Under the pieces are notes generated by a model. The model did not search any database. It was not told the DNA's origin and saw nothing but the letters and a program-made list of their open reading frames with translations. A stretch of DNA of 63,486 bases, counting the filler, from Dugesia japonica (taxonomy: Eukaryota), in assembly GCA_001938525.1 (NCBI GenBank). It is 5 parts of 5 records of this genome, joined end to end, with 100 filler letters (N's around TTAATTAATTAA, not from the genome) between each part and the next. Parts side by side here need not be neighbours in the genome. Positions count along the whole stretch, not along the records: positions 11,033 to 21,228 come from MQRL01617356.1; positions 21,329 to 30,630 come from MQRL01479480.1; 3 more parts are not named here. The stretch is one strand, 5' to 3'. Within the stretch, counting starts at the first letter, position 1; the number at the start of each line of letters is the position of its first letter. The position numbers were made by a program, and so were the translations under genes. Below, piece after piece: positions 14,040 to 28,240 of the stretch.

Positions 14040-15796
14040 TGTTGAGGTTTCCAACACTTAAGCTCGCTAAATTACAAAATTATTCTAACTTTATAATAAA
14101 TCTGCTCCTTGCTCAGACAATCAAACAAAATTTATTAACTCAATAATAAATTTATTCCTCAACCATAGGGTTAATCGTGTTATAGCACTTTTAACCGAAT
14201 TTTATGATTATTTACAATTGTTTAAATAGTATTACATACGCATGCACAATCTACTCTTCATATAATAACCAATAAAAATATTTATCAAATAAAATGTCAT
14301 CAAGAATAAAAGTTACAAATTTAAAGATCCAATAGGAATAAGCCNNNNNNNNNNNNNNNNNNNNNNNNNNNNNNNNNNNNNNNNNNNNNNNNNNNNNNNN
14401 NNNNNNNNNNNNNNNAACCCCTCAAATTTTATAATAACTCAAATTGTTAATAACATTTTTCTTTAACCTCCACTAACTAATGAGATACATTATTTTATTA
14501 TTTCTTTAAAGTTTGGTCTCTCCAATTCAGTTTTTATGCATAGCCACAAAGTCTTCCACGAGAAAGACTTCTCGTCATTTTAGAAAACTTTGTGGTTCTG
14601 TTATAATTAATCCAATTTAAGTTTCTTTAAAATTTCGACATTTTTATTTTACTTTGACCCCTGTTTGTGTTTATTTGCAGCATTGTCATGAAACCAATTC
14701 CATTTATATTTAATAGTTTTTATATAAATTGGATTTGTATTAATTTGGCTATTTGCACTATCATGCACATCACAATAATATTAAAATATAATACGATATG
14801 TTTAATAATCGTTTTGAGCATAATTAACTATTAATTTTAATTTTAAAACAATTTTATAAAGTTATCATTTTATTTACATTTTTATTGCTTAACCATTATT
14901 AATACTACAATCTGATATTATACCTCTTTAATTGATCTATAAACATCTTTATGTTCATAGTTATTTATATTACATGATATTTTATATATAATTAATACTT
15001 TTTACTTAATTAACTCTTTGCTATAATATAAAATATTTTATTTTTCCATGATTTCTTAATATTTTCTCCATGTAAACTAAAAGAAGATTTTCTTGTTTAT
15101 CATGTCAAATGGAGATTAATTCATTGTTCAAATTTCCTTATTGTCCCTTGCTGGAAGTTGATAATGAGCAGACCCTTGAGTTTACTCATGACAACCTGAT
15201 TAATGATCAATTGATTTTCAAAGGGAATAAATAACTGTTCATTTTCATTTTTCACTTTCAGAGATTGGATACAATCTCTGTATAGTCACAATCTCTGTAT
15301 AGTCAAAATCTCTGTATAGCTCGCCAAAGTGAAAATGAACAGTTATTTATAGCCTTTGAAAATCAATTGATCATTAATCGTCGATTTTTCAGGTATTATT
15401 TTGAATTTATTCTCTATTTTTTTATCATTATTGTAAATTTATTTTAATTAATATTATAAATATTTTTCTTAAAATTCTACCTCAATGTTTCCTATTGTTA
15501 ATACTTTAATAATCATTAGCTTATATACATCTTTACAAATTGACCGTTAATACTTTCATTCATTTTCTTTTTAATATAATTTCTCATTTATTATTCTATT
15601 AATTACCTAATTCCAATATTCTTTACAAACGTTGTAATTTAGTCATTTATCATTTTTTTAACTTTAAAATTTAATTTACAAATTCAGTTATTATTTTGTA
15701 TATAATCCCTATTTTTATTTCATATATTCATTTTGGCTTATTTACAATATTACTTAATTTATTTTATTTAAGTATTTATTTATCTATTCCACCACA
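14040..15796. mobile_element. Nested non-coding insertion (solo-LTR-like, TG...CA)
   Basis: TGTTGAGG...CCACCACA termini, imperfect 4-bp TSD ATTT/ATTA, interrupts the protease reading. Confidence 0.7.
15198..15379. repeat. ~50-bp inverted repeat enclosing three 17-bp-period tandem repeats
   Basis: GATTAATGATCAATTGATTTTCAAAGG..TAAATAACTGTTCATTTTCA matches the reverse complement of 15330-15379 with 2 mismatches; loop has 3x AATCTCTGTATAG. Confidence 0.85.
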
Positions 15797-15832
15797 ATTA
15801 GATTCTGCCCCACTATCCATTAGTGTCGCTAC

Positions 15833-16860
15833 CTATTTTTGTTTTATTCTCGCTTGGACCAATGGCTTATTTTGAGCGAATTCTGAGTGATTCTCTGAAA
15901 TCAGTGTTTTTGCTTTATTTCTAAACTTTGGTATGGCTCCTTGACCTTTGATGTATTGAGCTGAATTCATAACTTCTTTAATATAACAATTATTTTTTAT
16001 TACCTTTTTTGGTTTCACCTTTTTCTTAATTATTTCGTTTAATACATAATTGATCTCCGTGCTGGAAATTCCTGATCTCGTTGAAATTGATCTAATTTCG
16101 CCACATTTCATATTTTCACTATCATTTTCATTCATATATCTGACTTCTTCCATATTTCTTGTTCTGCAAATTCGATCTGAATGGCCAACCTTTTTGCATT
16201 TCTTACACGCAATCGGTTTTTTACAATCTCTCACAAAATATCCAAAATTGCTACAATTAAAGAATTTAATATCTTATTTTTGGATATTTCTATCCCGACT
16301 TCATTATTAATTCACTCCAGATCTATTTCTTCCGTTATTCATATCTTTAGATATTCTGACTATCGTGTGTTTCAATTCTACCACCTTCTGTTTTAGTGAA
16401 CGTACTTCGTCTGATAAGTCATTTGTCTCAGATTTTCCTTACTTTTGTTTTTTAATTCTTTTTTTACAAAGTTATAAGCGTCTTCTAATGATTTTGGCTC
16501 AAGAAATTGAACTGCTGCTGCCACTTTTTTATCGTCCAATCCAAATAAAAAAGCGAATATTAAAGTGTTTTCACTATACTCGCTGTTCAATTCTGCTTGA
16601 CTTTTAAATAAATAAACTCTCAATTTTGTAATAAATTCTCTTAAAGAGAGGTCATTTTGCTTAATTTGTAAAAGTTCGGTAATAGGAAAAATCTTTGAAT
16701 CTTTAACTTTGTATTATCCTACAAATTTATTACTTTAAAAAGTAAAATCATCCTTAACATTCTTGTAATCTGGCAAAAGAAAATAATTCATATTAGGCAT
16801 CTTGCTCCAAGGAATTAAAAAAATATCTAATTTTTTCATTACCATCTTCGATCTTTAAAT
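15833..16860 (-). pseudogene. Gypsy gag, frameshifted
   Basis: CCHC knuckle CKKCKKVGHSDRIC plus an upstream knuckle remnant; PKSLEDAYNFVK. Confidence 0.85.
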
Positions 16861-16973
16861 TAAGAATGTGGTTCTTAAATTCTTGTAGGTGTTTTGCAGA
16901 ATTGTCTCCGATATAAAAACTTGGCAGCTTCGAAACCATGTGGAATAAATTTGATAAAATATACTAAATTCTG

Positions 16974-16985
16974 ATTCTGACGCCA
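16974..16985 (-). promoter_or_regulatory. Primer binding site (tRNA-Leu-like)
   Basis: TGGCGTCAGAAT directly after the 5' LTR; resembles the complement of a tRNA-Leu 3' end. Confidence 0.65.
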
Positions 16986-17092
16986 TATTAATGATAAATT
17001 ACTAAAATAATATTTATTCAAATAAAACAGGTTCACATTATCCTCTTCTAAAATATAAATATTTAAACCCTTCATTTTTATATTATATCACA
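16986..17092 (-). repeat. 5' LTR (107 bp)
   Basis: Direct repeat of 11546-11652; TG start, TA end. Confidence 0.9.
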
Positions 17093-20000
17093 ATAATAAA
17101 GATATTAAGTTTTGTAATGAATATAGGTTTTATAATCATAATTTTTCATTTAGAAATATAGAATTTTTTTGGTATACAAAATATGAAATTATATTTTTTA
17201 AGTATGAAAAGTATGATATTAAAAAGTTTTAGGTATTAAAATAAATTCCCGTTAATTAATTTCTATTATAAAGAAAATCGAAAAATATTTTTTTTTCGCA
17301 AAATCCGTTGAATATTGACTTGGTCCCCAGGGATCATCGGGTCACAGTTTAAAAAAAATACTGCTTTATAGGATACTTTTACAAAAAGAAATCCAGTGGA
17401 CATATTTTACAGTGATAAGATTTGTATAATTAAAAGTTAAAGAATCAGATAAAATTGAATTGAAATTGATCTCAAGTAAAAAAATGAAATTAAATGCAAT
17501 TTATAACCAATTAAAATTCTGTTCAGCTATCTATTATGAAATTGAATAAAATTCAGCAAAATAGAAATTCAGTGAGTAGACTACATTTTATTATTGAGTA
17601 ATGTAGCCAAATATATAATACATAAGCCTTGTAAGTATATTTTGAAACGCGAGTTGAAATTTTTGTGCTTGGGTTGGAAATCATTTTCTTAAAATCTTTT
17701 TTTTTAAAATTGAAAGTCAGAAATTAATTAAGAAATTGAAGTAAATTTGGTACCATTTGGTAACTTCGGTGAGTTGTAGTTGATGTTTCTGTTTCTGCTG
17801 CTAAACTCAAATTTGCAACCCGTTAATTCGTTGTAGCTGCTCCAAAAATTGCTACCTTTGTCAAATAATCTCGGTTTGCATCTCTTGGATCTCTTTATTC
17901 TTTTTGCTTAACTGATCCTGGGTAATCCACCAGGATTCGACACCGGTTTCTTCTGTTCCTACTGAGTCCCAAAGTAGTGGCATGTCGTTACATTGATTCG
18001 TTGTAAATACGCATCCTACTGGTTCCAAGGATTGTCGTGGTTCATGTTTAGTTATTTGTTTCGTCATCTAGATATACAAAAATATTGCTATCGATAAAAT
18101 ATAATGAAACAAGTTATGAACATCTAAGTTAATTGTTATTAGTATACTGTATACCCACATCTACTTATCGTAAGTCAACATCAATTCACTAAATAGATTA
18201 AATTACCACCGTTACCAACACTCCAGAAGATTATCAATCATTCTTCATGAGTAGAAGGAGTTAGATCTTCTTGATTTATCATTGTTATTTCATAATTTGT
18301 CATAAGCTACATTAATTCATTTCAATAATTCTTTATTCATTTGGATGTTNNNNNNNNNNNNNNNNNNNNNNNNNNNNNNNNNNNNNNNNNNNNNNNNNNC
18401 GCATCCTACTGGTTCCAAGGATTGTCGTGGTTCATGTTTAGTTATTTGTTTCGTCATCTAGATATACAAAAATATTGCTATCGATAAAATATAATGAAAC
18501 AAGTTATGAACATCTAAGTTAATTGTTATTAGTATACTGTATACCCACATCTACTTATCNNNNNNNNNNNNNNNNNNNNNNNNNNNNNNNNNNNNNNNNN
18601 NNNNNNNNNNNNNNNNNNNNNNNNNNNNNNNNNNNNNNNNNNNNNNNNNNNNNNNNNNNNNNNNNNNNNNNNNNNNNNNNNNNNNNNNNNNNNNNNNNNN
18701 NNNNNNNNNNNNNNNNNNNNNNNNNNNNNNNNNNNNNNNNNNNNNNNNNNNNNNNNNNNNNNNNNNNNNNNNNNNNNNNNNNNNNNNNNNNNNNNNNNNN
18801 NNNNNNNNNNNNNNNNNNNNNNNNNNNNNNNNNNNNNNNNNNNNNNNNNNNNNNNNNNNNNNNNNNNNNNNATTTATAATGTTATCAATAATATAAAATA
18901 ATAGAACAACTTAAAAATAATAAGATTTAATGATAATCAGAAACCATAACTACATTCGTGTAAATATATAAAAGAGAAAAGATTAGATTCAACCACCACT
19001 TTTTATCTCATTACTTTATTCTGCTAGTTATCCCTGCGGATACCGTCTCTTTAATTATCATAACCATTCGCATCTCTTTCATTTATCAATAATCCTGAAC
19101 ACCATTTTAATTATTTACTGCTCTTTCATAATCATTTTTCAATTACCAACATTTCTTTCATAATCCTCTATCAATTATCGGCAATATTTCGTTCATATTA
19201 ATTCAACTATAAACACGGCTAATAATAAAACATCGCTATCATCCCCACTATATCATTCATCTCCAAAATTAATAAGCTTCTCTTTCATTAACCATTATAA
19301 ATATTTATCATAATCATAAACATCGATTTCATGAGAATATATCATAATCATTAATCTTAACTTCAATCGCCAAAATATCTCTTCCATCTCTTTCATTTAT
19401 TATCATCATCATGAACATCAACTATGGTTGTGGAATGTAGTAAATAATCTCGTGGATATCTGAGCAATGACAACCATGATTACCAACAAAGCTAGATAAT
19501 GCTGGTCCTTATCTCAGTATTCCAACTTTCATTTTATTTTTAACTATTATTAAAATAAGAATAAATATAATTAATTTCGCGTTGAGATTTCTTTCCGTTA
19601 AAATGAGAAAGTAAAACGACTTACAACTTTTAACAATAAGTTAGTGAGCGTAAAAGTAATTTTTAAGAGATAATTTTTTGTGCAAATTGTAATTCCTTTT
19701 ATACAAATTTTTATCGTCATTTTTTCACAGATGATATAGGCACCCCCAGAAATTATTGAATTGTGCGATGCTCACTCGCAGATTCATTCATGATGACTAT
19801 ATTTAGTCATGATTTTATTTTCATTTTCATGCTCGGTCTTTGTATATCATTTTATTTCTATCTATGATTACCGGTGCTAAATTGGCATCATAGATTTGTA
19901 TTAGCGCTAGTGTTTCTCGGTGCTCACCCGATTACACATGTTGAGATGTCTTTAGGATTTTACAAAGGCAAATCAACAGGGTCGTGAGTTTAGTTTTGTA

Positions 20001-21228
20001 AAATTTAAATATGAAATCCAAATATTATTTTATATGTTTTTCCTTAATATGGTTAATATAAATAGAATAATATCGTATAAATACACTATATAGTGTTCCT
20101 TATATAATTAAAGATTTACTTTTTAAATTCTTATCATGATTCAACAATTTACAAAATTTCTTATTTTAATTCGAGTTATTATTTTTATCTTCTGATCTGC
20201 AACTCTAGACGTTTTAGACCTTTTAAAAGATTTAAAATAGGGTGAAAAAAATGAAATTAAGCTCTATATTTATACTAGAGAGGTATGCATGCAAATTATC
20301 AAAAATCATAAATATTTACTGAAATAATATATTAATTCATTAAAAATTATAAATATTTATAAAAATCATCTTAATTTATAAAATTTATTTGTTTAATTAT
20401 AAATAAAATTTCTATTTTTACAAAATTTTCTATTAATCAATATTCATTATAGAATGAAGTTATTAATACAACAACCGCATTATTTTCAAAACCAGATTTG
20501 TTCTAAAAATTTACACATAAACGTAAAACGAAATTAATTAAAATTTGTACACAAAAATAAAAGTAAATAAATAATGTAAAAACATAAAATAATGAGAAAG
20601 TTTAAGAAATTATAAAGGTCAAATAAAAAGTCAGATTGATTTGAATGATACAGAAATTCAAATTGCTTCAAAAAGTCAAATTGCTTTGAATTGTTGGGTT
20701 CATTAGTTTTTTGATCTGAACTGCCGAAGTTACTGGATTGCCGTTGATTTGTAAGTATGTATATGTATGGGTTTGTTTGTAGAACAAACATCTATGAGAT
20801 GTTTATGTATTTATGAGCTTTCCTCAACACACAGATTATTTATTTGTAGACTAATGGTGCTCACCCAATACAAATATAATTTTAATTTTGCTAGCGATGT
20901 GCGGTGCTCACCTGACACATTTATTTTATAACTTCTGCTCAATCATTGATATGTTGCAACCTGTACTGATGCCAATGAAATCCGTGATCATTGGACCAAC
21001 ACGAATCGGTTTGAAAAAATAATAATATTTATTATTTAAAATAATAATTTTGGAAACTTTGTTTTCTCCTTGTAAATAAAAATAATTCCACAAATATTTA
21101 TAAATATTTTTTATAATTTGGATTCCCTAATTTAACTTTCTATTTTCTTCTCGTATAACTCCGGTCTTTAAATTCAAATTCTTTCTCTATAAATAATAAT
21201 ATTTAACTAATAATAATACATTTAATAA

Positions 21229-21328
21229 NNNNNNNNNNNNNNNNNNNNNNNNNNNNNNNNNNNNNNNNNNNNTTAATTAATTAANNNNNNNNNNNNNNNN
21301 NNNNNNNNNNNNNNNNNNNNNNNNNNNN
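21229..21328. other. Artificial contig-joining spacer
   Basis: 44 N + TTAATTAATTAA + 44 N. Confidence 0.95.
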
Positions 21329-23799
21329 TTCATTAACTAGATATTTGCATTTTCTGATATCTTGTTTACACTAAATTAAAATTGAGTAAATAAAAACAGA
21401 TAGTTCTTTGTTTATTCATTATTTTTGTTTTATTAATAGTGTTATATATGTTTGTTTAATATTGAATTCTGCCTTTAAGACACGACATTTATTTTTCTAT
21501 TTTGTAACCAGTAAATTCATAAATAACCAATTATTCTCTATTTACTGGAAATTTTCAGAAGTCCGTTTGCGTTTTAATAGAATGAAGTAAACTATATCTA
21601 ATCAATTAAATGAATTTTTGTTTTACTTCATAAAATACTTTTTGTTTGTAAGAAACAATAATAATTGTCAGATAAACTTATAAAAATAAATAAATGTTAC
21701 TTTTTATGTACTTTGCTTTATTATAATAAATGTAGATAAATGTGGATATTTATATTTATTAGATTATTTTAGTATTTAAAAAAAACCTAGAAAATAAGAA
21801 AAAAATTTATAAAAAAGAAATGATTTTAAGGTTATGTATGTAAAAAAACAAAATTTAAATAAAAATTGTCCCAACCAATGAGTGAATGATGTTACCGAAA
21901 TGTAAATATCATCCAACCAAAAGAAATTTTTTATCATTATTCTTACTCGATTTATTTTGATCGGCGATCAATTTCTAATTATCCTATTTTATCTAATACA
22001 CCAACCTTTAGCTAAAAAGGTTTTTATTTTTTATATATATCTAAACTTCTAAACATTTTGTTCTTTGAATGTCTTATAATTTTCAAGCAATTAATGTATT
22101 TTTTGTAATAAAATAAAAATTGTGATTGGAATAGAACGGTTGTGGAATCATTAATACTAAAACATATCATATTAAATAATAATTATCATCTGTTGTTCGA
22201 TTCATATTGCAATTTTTCATATTTTTAAATAGCGTAAATCAGTGTTTCCCAACAATTTTTCGGCGTCGAAAACTTCAGCTTATTGCACTGACTCTATCTC
22301 CTAACGATACAACTGTTTGTTATCTATTTATTATTACATTGAAATGTAATGTTATTGTTGAATTAAAACACTGATATAAATAATGATAAAAATAAAAATA
22401 GTTAAGAAAAGAAAAGATATAATGAGACCTTTTCTTTAATGAAGTCTGTAAACGGAAAAACAACATTTTCCAATTTCGATCCAATATTTGTGCAAACAAA
22501 AATGTAGAAGTTTTATGTTGATGTTATATAAATTCTCAGATGTCCTACTTTCATGAGGCATACTAGTTATAAAAACAAACATTTCATCGCTCACCATCAC
22601 ACATTAACTCTGTTTTCATATTTTAATCGCCAGGATGGAAAGCAATGGCGTAAACAATGTTTGATCTGCTTGGAATTTGAAACCTGAATAATTGGCTTTA
22701 AAATAGTCTTAATTAATTTGATAAATACCATAGCANNNNNNNNNNNNNNNNNNNNNNNNNNNNNNNNNNNNNNNNNNNNNNNNNNNNNNNNNNNNNNNNN
22801 NNNNNNNNTGCATTATATTAAAAATGTGAAATTATAAGCTCAAGTTTAAAAACAAAAACATTCAGAGTGAACCTGATCAGGTAACTTACTGAAGTAATTT
22901 ATTTTCCAAATAAGGTGGGTGGTGAGAAAATCAAAATGGGGATGAGGACTGTTGGACAACAGAAAGAAATAGAGCTAGCGGAAGGTACTGTTTTAGTGCA
23001 AAATAAGATTTCTTGAGCAAGTCCTGAGCAACCAAACAAATAAGAAAAAACGAGGTACCTAAAAGGTGGGTGTTTAGTGGGAACTCTTTTAGCATATCTC
23101 ATTTAAATACCACATCGACGGTAAGTATGTATCTTTTGATCATTTCTTTGTAAAAATAAAATGATAAATAAATAAAATTTAATTTATAAAAGTTAATTAA
23201 ATGTTTTTTAACTACCCGCATTTTTTGAATATGTAGTAGCACAGCTCTCATGAACCATCTAGTTCAAATGAGTACTTTAATTTTAATTTTCATTTGTGTT
23301 TTATGATGCGACAAAACGTCTAAAATAAAATGTCAAAAGTTTTACAAATTATTTTTGTCATAAATATTATTTTTTTCAAAGTAATTATGTCAGTTTTTTT
23401 ATTGTGGTTATTTAAACTTTTTACATTTCTCATATTTATATTTATATCCATGATGGCGCCAAATTATTAATCAATCCATCATTTGTTATAAATAATTAAT
23501 TGAGAAAAAAATCTTGTAGCAAATATTTCATTTATCTTATGTTATATTTATATTTTCATTTTTGTATTTCGTATTTAATAGATTTTTTGAAACATTTAAA
23601 CAAAAATTAAAATAAAAATCATTCAATTTAATCGTACTAAACCAAAAATTATTGTATGAATTTCTTTATTATAAATTTTAGTAATTATATAATGCTGTGT
23701 TCTGAATTTTTATGAATAATAATCAATGAAGAAAATCAATATTTTTTTGAATAAATTTAAATATTGTATTTTCATTACAAACAGTTAATTATAACAAAT

Positions 23800-24470
23800 T
23801 ACTTTAGTAACTAAGCGCTTTGTTCACCAGAATTACGGAATAATTTCAATTTGATTGATTATTGACCTTCAGCGATCTACAAAGTTATTTCTTTTCTTCG
23901 CCATTTATCTTAATTTTGAAAACTTTCATATCTGCACGTCTATGGAATACTTCGAATGGTCTTTATATGATGACTTTAAACTTCTTGTCTTTTTAGTTCT
24001 CAAAACACTTGTTTATAGTAGTATAATTTCTTTGAATGAAAAGACTTACATTTTTGTATCCTTGCACGGTGTTTATTATAGTTGATTATGATTTCTTTTT
24101 CTACTTCTTTTAATGCTGATTTTCAAGTCTCCTAAAATTCGAATTTAATGGTATGATATATTATAATTGAGTAATTCAAGCATAACGTTTGGAAGGTCTT
24201 TCCACTATATTTTTATGAAATTTACATAGTGTACTCTGAAGGCATTTTTAGAAAATGCTGGACTTTTCTATTGTACAGTGTATAGTATGCTGTTGTAATC
24301 CTGCGATTGATACCATTTTTATTGCACATATCTTTAAATGCTGATGAAGTTATCTTGTTATATTATTAATATTTTGTGACCATCCAATCAGCAGAACCAT
24401 TCTTTTTCTAAAGCCACAATAAGATTTTCAGTTGTTATTTCTTATAAGTGTAATACTTTTTTTCACTAAA
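23800..24470 (-). pseudogene. Heavily degraded retroelement integrase
   Basis: TSSAFKDMCNKNGINRRITTAY resembles rve FTS..F...C...GI....TT.YHP; PFEV downstream; boundaries approximate. Confidence 0.55.
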
Positions 24471-24499
24471 TAATCTTGTCCATAATAGTCAATAAATAA

Positions 24500-24980
24500 T
24501 TTTACGCGTTATCAGAATAAAAACACGAGAACATTGTAAAGAAACGCTTATGAATGGCAAACTACGAATAAACTATGAAAACTGTGTGTACTCTCAATCA
24601 GATAAAAGATTTCTTGGTTTCCAAATCTCAGGTAAAACAATTCCTCAGAATATAATAAGCTTAACAGACGATTCATTGGGACATTAACATTCTCTCAATG
24701 TATGATCTAACATTTGAANGTATTTTAACTCATTTACATTATTTAGCTGCCAAAACCAGAAAAAATAAAAGATAATTTAAGCGGACAGAATATCAGAATG
24801 GGATTTTAAAGCGTGAAATACAAACTGTCTCAAATAACAACGATGATAACTCCAGATCCTAATAAAAAATATTTTATTTACCGATGCATCCAACATTGGA
24901 GTGCGAGCCCATCTCAATCATAAAAGTAACAGTAAGTTACAACCAATGTCATTCTTTTCNAAGAAATTGATCAAGACAAA
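24500..24980 (+). pseudogene. Degraded gypsy RT/RNase H fragment
   Basis: LFTDASNIGVRAHL...PMSFFSKKL RNase H N-terminal motif. Confidence 0.7.
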
Positions 24981-24998
24981 ATCCTACTTCTGACACCA
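24981..24998 (-). promoter_or_regulatory. tRNA-Leu primer binding site of another LTR element (LTR end CA at 25000)
   Basis: Minus strand ..CAACA T TGGTGTCAGAAGTAGGAT, close to the complement of a tRNA-Leu(CAA-type) 3' end including CCA. Confidence 0.7.
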
Positions 24999-25974
24999 AT
25001 GTTGTGTTCCGAACTGTCTTATACTTTGTTGAATAAAAATAAGAATTGTTATTATTGGTCTCTATGTCTTTCTAAACGATAATAAAAATTAAAATATTTC
25101 TTTTGTCAAAATGCAAAAAAGACTTAGATACAAATTTTGTTAAGATGCCTAAATTGTCATGAAATGTAGACGAAGAATAATGATAGTATTATTGTAAACC
25201 CGTTTACTTCATTCAACGTTTTGTTTGTTTAAAACTCATTTATATGCAAATATAAAGCTACATAAAGTTAGGGAATTACATAATTAAAAATAAGAAACAT
25301 ATATCGCTACTTCAGCTTTTAAATAACATCAGTGTTCTCATCCCATGCATAGCAAGAAAATAACATATCCTAAAACACTCTTTATGGCTGTGGTTGGCAT
25401 AAAAGGTGTTAATTAGAAGTCAAACTACATTGATAAATTAAGTGCGTGTCATCTTGAGTTGCAGATCATTGTAACAATTGAGGGGAAATATTTATATCAG
25501 TGATTCTTAACCATTGTGCCATCAATACAGGTGTCCATAAATAAACGATGTCAGATAATCAGTTAAATTCGTTTCACCTTCCCAGTGGATATTTGTTGTT
25601 AATATACAGCCAAATCTTTAAATAATTATGTGTACCTTGACAAAAAAAGTAGAGAGTTGCTGATATAGCCAATACTATGTTTTGAATAATTAACCATTGA
25701 TTCAAATAAAATATATCTCACATTTTCTGCACATTTAAGTGGACTGATTATAATTCAATCCCATTTTAGCTGTTCACAAAACTATACATTCAAATTTATT
25801 TCAAATTTATATGAAATTACCATAGACAAAAGCGTCAATGAAAACAACGTTGAAATTATAAAAATAGAATAAAAACATCTTTACTAAACAATCTGTATTT
25901 AATAAACCTCAGTATAATTTAAAAGGTTGTTTATAGCAAATGTGAGCTTGATCATTCGAATTTACTAATGTTTT

Positions 25975-27600
25975 AGTAGATAGATAGTGGTGGACTGGAT
26001 CACCTCACCCCACTTAATCCTAGTGCATTTAGTTAAGAATTTTAAAATCACATGATATTATGTATTATTACGCAATGTATATTTAGTTAGGAATTTATTT
26101 TTGGTTTTTGCCAGGAATTTACACGGTGAGGTCGAATAAGGTCGATTTTTGATTGGTTTAGGTGAATTAGGTAGAATATTTCCTAGGGAATGAAGAATTT
26201 GGGTTATTTTGGGGGGATTCGAATAAATCTTTACTTGGTTAGTTAGAGTAAAATCCAAAGGACGCTTAATCGACACAAATAAAAAATTAATTTTTATAAT
26301 TTTCTTCCAAATTTAATTATCCAAGGACAATTAGATAGAGGCTTTCAAGAATATATACGGTAGAAATTTGTAAAATTAAATTAATTTGAAAAACGTTAAA
26401 AGGGTTTTAGTTCTCAACAATTAATTAAAAATAAAAGTATCTCAAATTTAATTATAAATCAATTTATACAATAGAGAAATTTTCACTGATTACGAAAACC
26501 ACCACCTAAAATCAACAAATCTTTTATATAAAAAGTTATAGAAAAATGTGTACTTAATTTGGGTGTCCCCGAGTAATATCAAATGGTCTAATAATTTACT
26601 CGATTCAATCTATTTTTAATGGGTTTTCGGTCATTTTGAATGTTAATTTAGTCTTCATCGGTCTTTTCTTATACCTCAGTTATCAAAGTTCTGTTCACTA
26701 TTGCTCCTCCATCAAAGCTCTGTTCACTAATGTACCGTCATAAAAGCTCTGCAAACAGTCCATTGATCATTAATTATCAATGGTTTTCTCACTCTTTGCA
26801 GATCCTTTCTATCATTTACTGGCTTTCTTTAGCTATTTGAATAATTCACTCTTCACTAGTGGTAAATGTACTGTTTATTTAGTATTTAATTATTTAAAAT
26901 CTTCTATAATTTTACTTATAATTTTGAAATTTAATTAGATTTCATTTATTTTTACTAAATTGTTCTATTTATATCGTTAAAATTAAATAAAAGTTTAATT
27001 CATAATATGAATATTAAGCATTGATTCATTGAAATAATTTCTAAAACATTATTGGAAATGATTCGTAATTGATTGAATAGATTAAGTATGATGGATTATA
27101 TAATTTTCAAATAATTATCATGAAAAGTAAATACAACTTGAATTTATGTGAAAACACTTTAAATTTAGAAAAACTTTCAAATAAATAGTTAAAATAATGC
27201 TTTTTAAATAAGAGTCGAGAATTAATAAAAATAAAAACTTAACTTAAATTTAAGCATCAAAATAACTAGATAGAGAATTTTATGTTAAGTAAGAATAACA
27301 TGGTTAAAAATAGTCAATCTTTAACTTTAACGAAAATAGTTAATTTCAACCTTTAATTTATAATAATTAAAATTATTAAGAATAAGATAATTTGAAAGAA
27401 CTTTAAATATTTATTTAAAATAATTAAATAATTGATTAAATAAATAATGTTCAAAAAATTCTGAGAAAAGTATCTAAAGCATTGATTTTAAGTGTAAAAT
27501 ACAGGCAATTTAGACCTTTGAAAATGATAAATAAAATTTAATCTTTTACAATTATATAGATGAACNACCTTTACAATTTTTATTTTCAATTACGATATTA
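25975..27600 (+). repeat. Non-coding repeat family with AGTAGATAG end, copy 1
   Basis: Several collinear blocks match the reverse complement of ~55050-57689 (26115-26165/57275-57330; 26410-26460/56090-56135; 26850-26875/55700-55727). Confidence 0.75.
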
Positions 27601-27999
27601 CAATAAATAAGGACAGTAATTACTCAAATAGTTATTGATTCGATTATAATTTTACTTTGAATACAGTTTCTATGAAGATTTAACGAATTAATATCAAAAA
27701 ATATTTAAATGAATAAATTAATTGATTTGAAAAGATAATGATAGGTTTTATTGGTTAGAATTTTAATGAATGAAAGAATAAATTTATGTTACAAATTGAT
27801 GATTACTTGGTTAACAAAGCTTATTATAAGGTCTACTTTCAAAGGAAATTTCTATATTAAGGTGAAAATATTTAAATAATTAACCGGTTATTGGTTTTAA
27901 AGTACGTATTCAGTGTGAATTATAGAGCTGACTATATGCACCACGTTATGAACAGATTAATCCATTAACTGAATAATCAATAGGTAAATGATGACAATG

Positions 28000-28240
28000 A
28001 GTATTCTGTATGTCAAGAGCAGTTGGTAACGAGTATTATGTTGATATAGCTGTTGATATTGAGTATTGTACATGTTAAAACTTAATCATAACGACCATTG
28101 TGTATGGTAATATTTAATGATAGTGAGTATTGCATATGTTAAGACTAAAATGGTAGCAAGTATTATGTATTATGACTTGATGATAGTGATAGTTGTGTAT
28201 GTCAAGAGCTGTTGGTAACGAGTATCGTGAATGTTTAGAT
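28000..28240. repeat. Degenerate ~30-33 bp minisatellite (~8 units)
   Basis: Units like GAGTATTCTGTATGTCAAGAGCAGTTGGTAAC in tandem with no unique spacers. Confidence 0.7.

Larger units (their letters stand above)
13736..15835 (-). pseudogene. Gypsy aspartic protease split by nested insertion
   Basis: VATLMDSG..ESN at 15797-15833 rejoins VMVYNLL..CANGSPM..KIIIG at 13736-14039 when 14040-15796 is removed. Confidence 0.8.
11546..17092 (-). mobile_element. Ty3/gypsy LTR retrotransposon, both LTRs present, degraded
   Basis: 107-bp direct repeats at both ends, TSD ATAAT (11541-11545 and 17093-17097), PBS, PPT, gag-PR-RT-IN order. Confidence 0.93.

Noticed and set aside
18010-18559. Exact ~160-bp duplication (and the similar 9707-9781/10126-10199 pair)
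   Set aside because: Each duplicate abuts an N gap, typical of scaffolding overlap artefacts.
24981-24998. tRNA-Leu gene
   Set aside because: Only the 3' 18 nt including CCA match and it abuts an LTR end; it is a primer binding site.
22240-25850. hAT transposon traces (CAGTGTTTCCCAA at 22240, C..HALNL-like motif near 25440 on the minus strand, TIR-like end near 17360)
   Set aside because: Only short isolated motifs; no paired TIRs, TSD or continuous transposase could be established.
28000-28240. CRISPR-like array
   Set aside because: Units are degenerate along their whole length with no unique spacers and no cas genes; it is a minisatellite.
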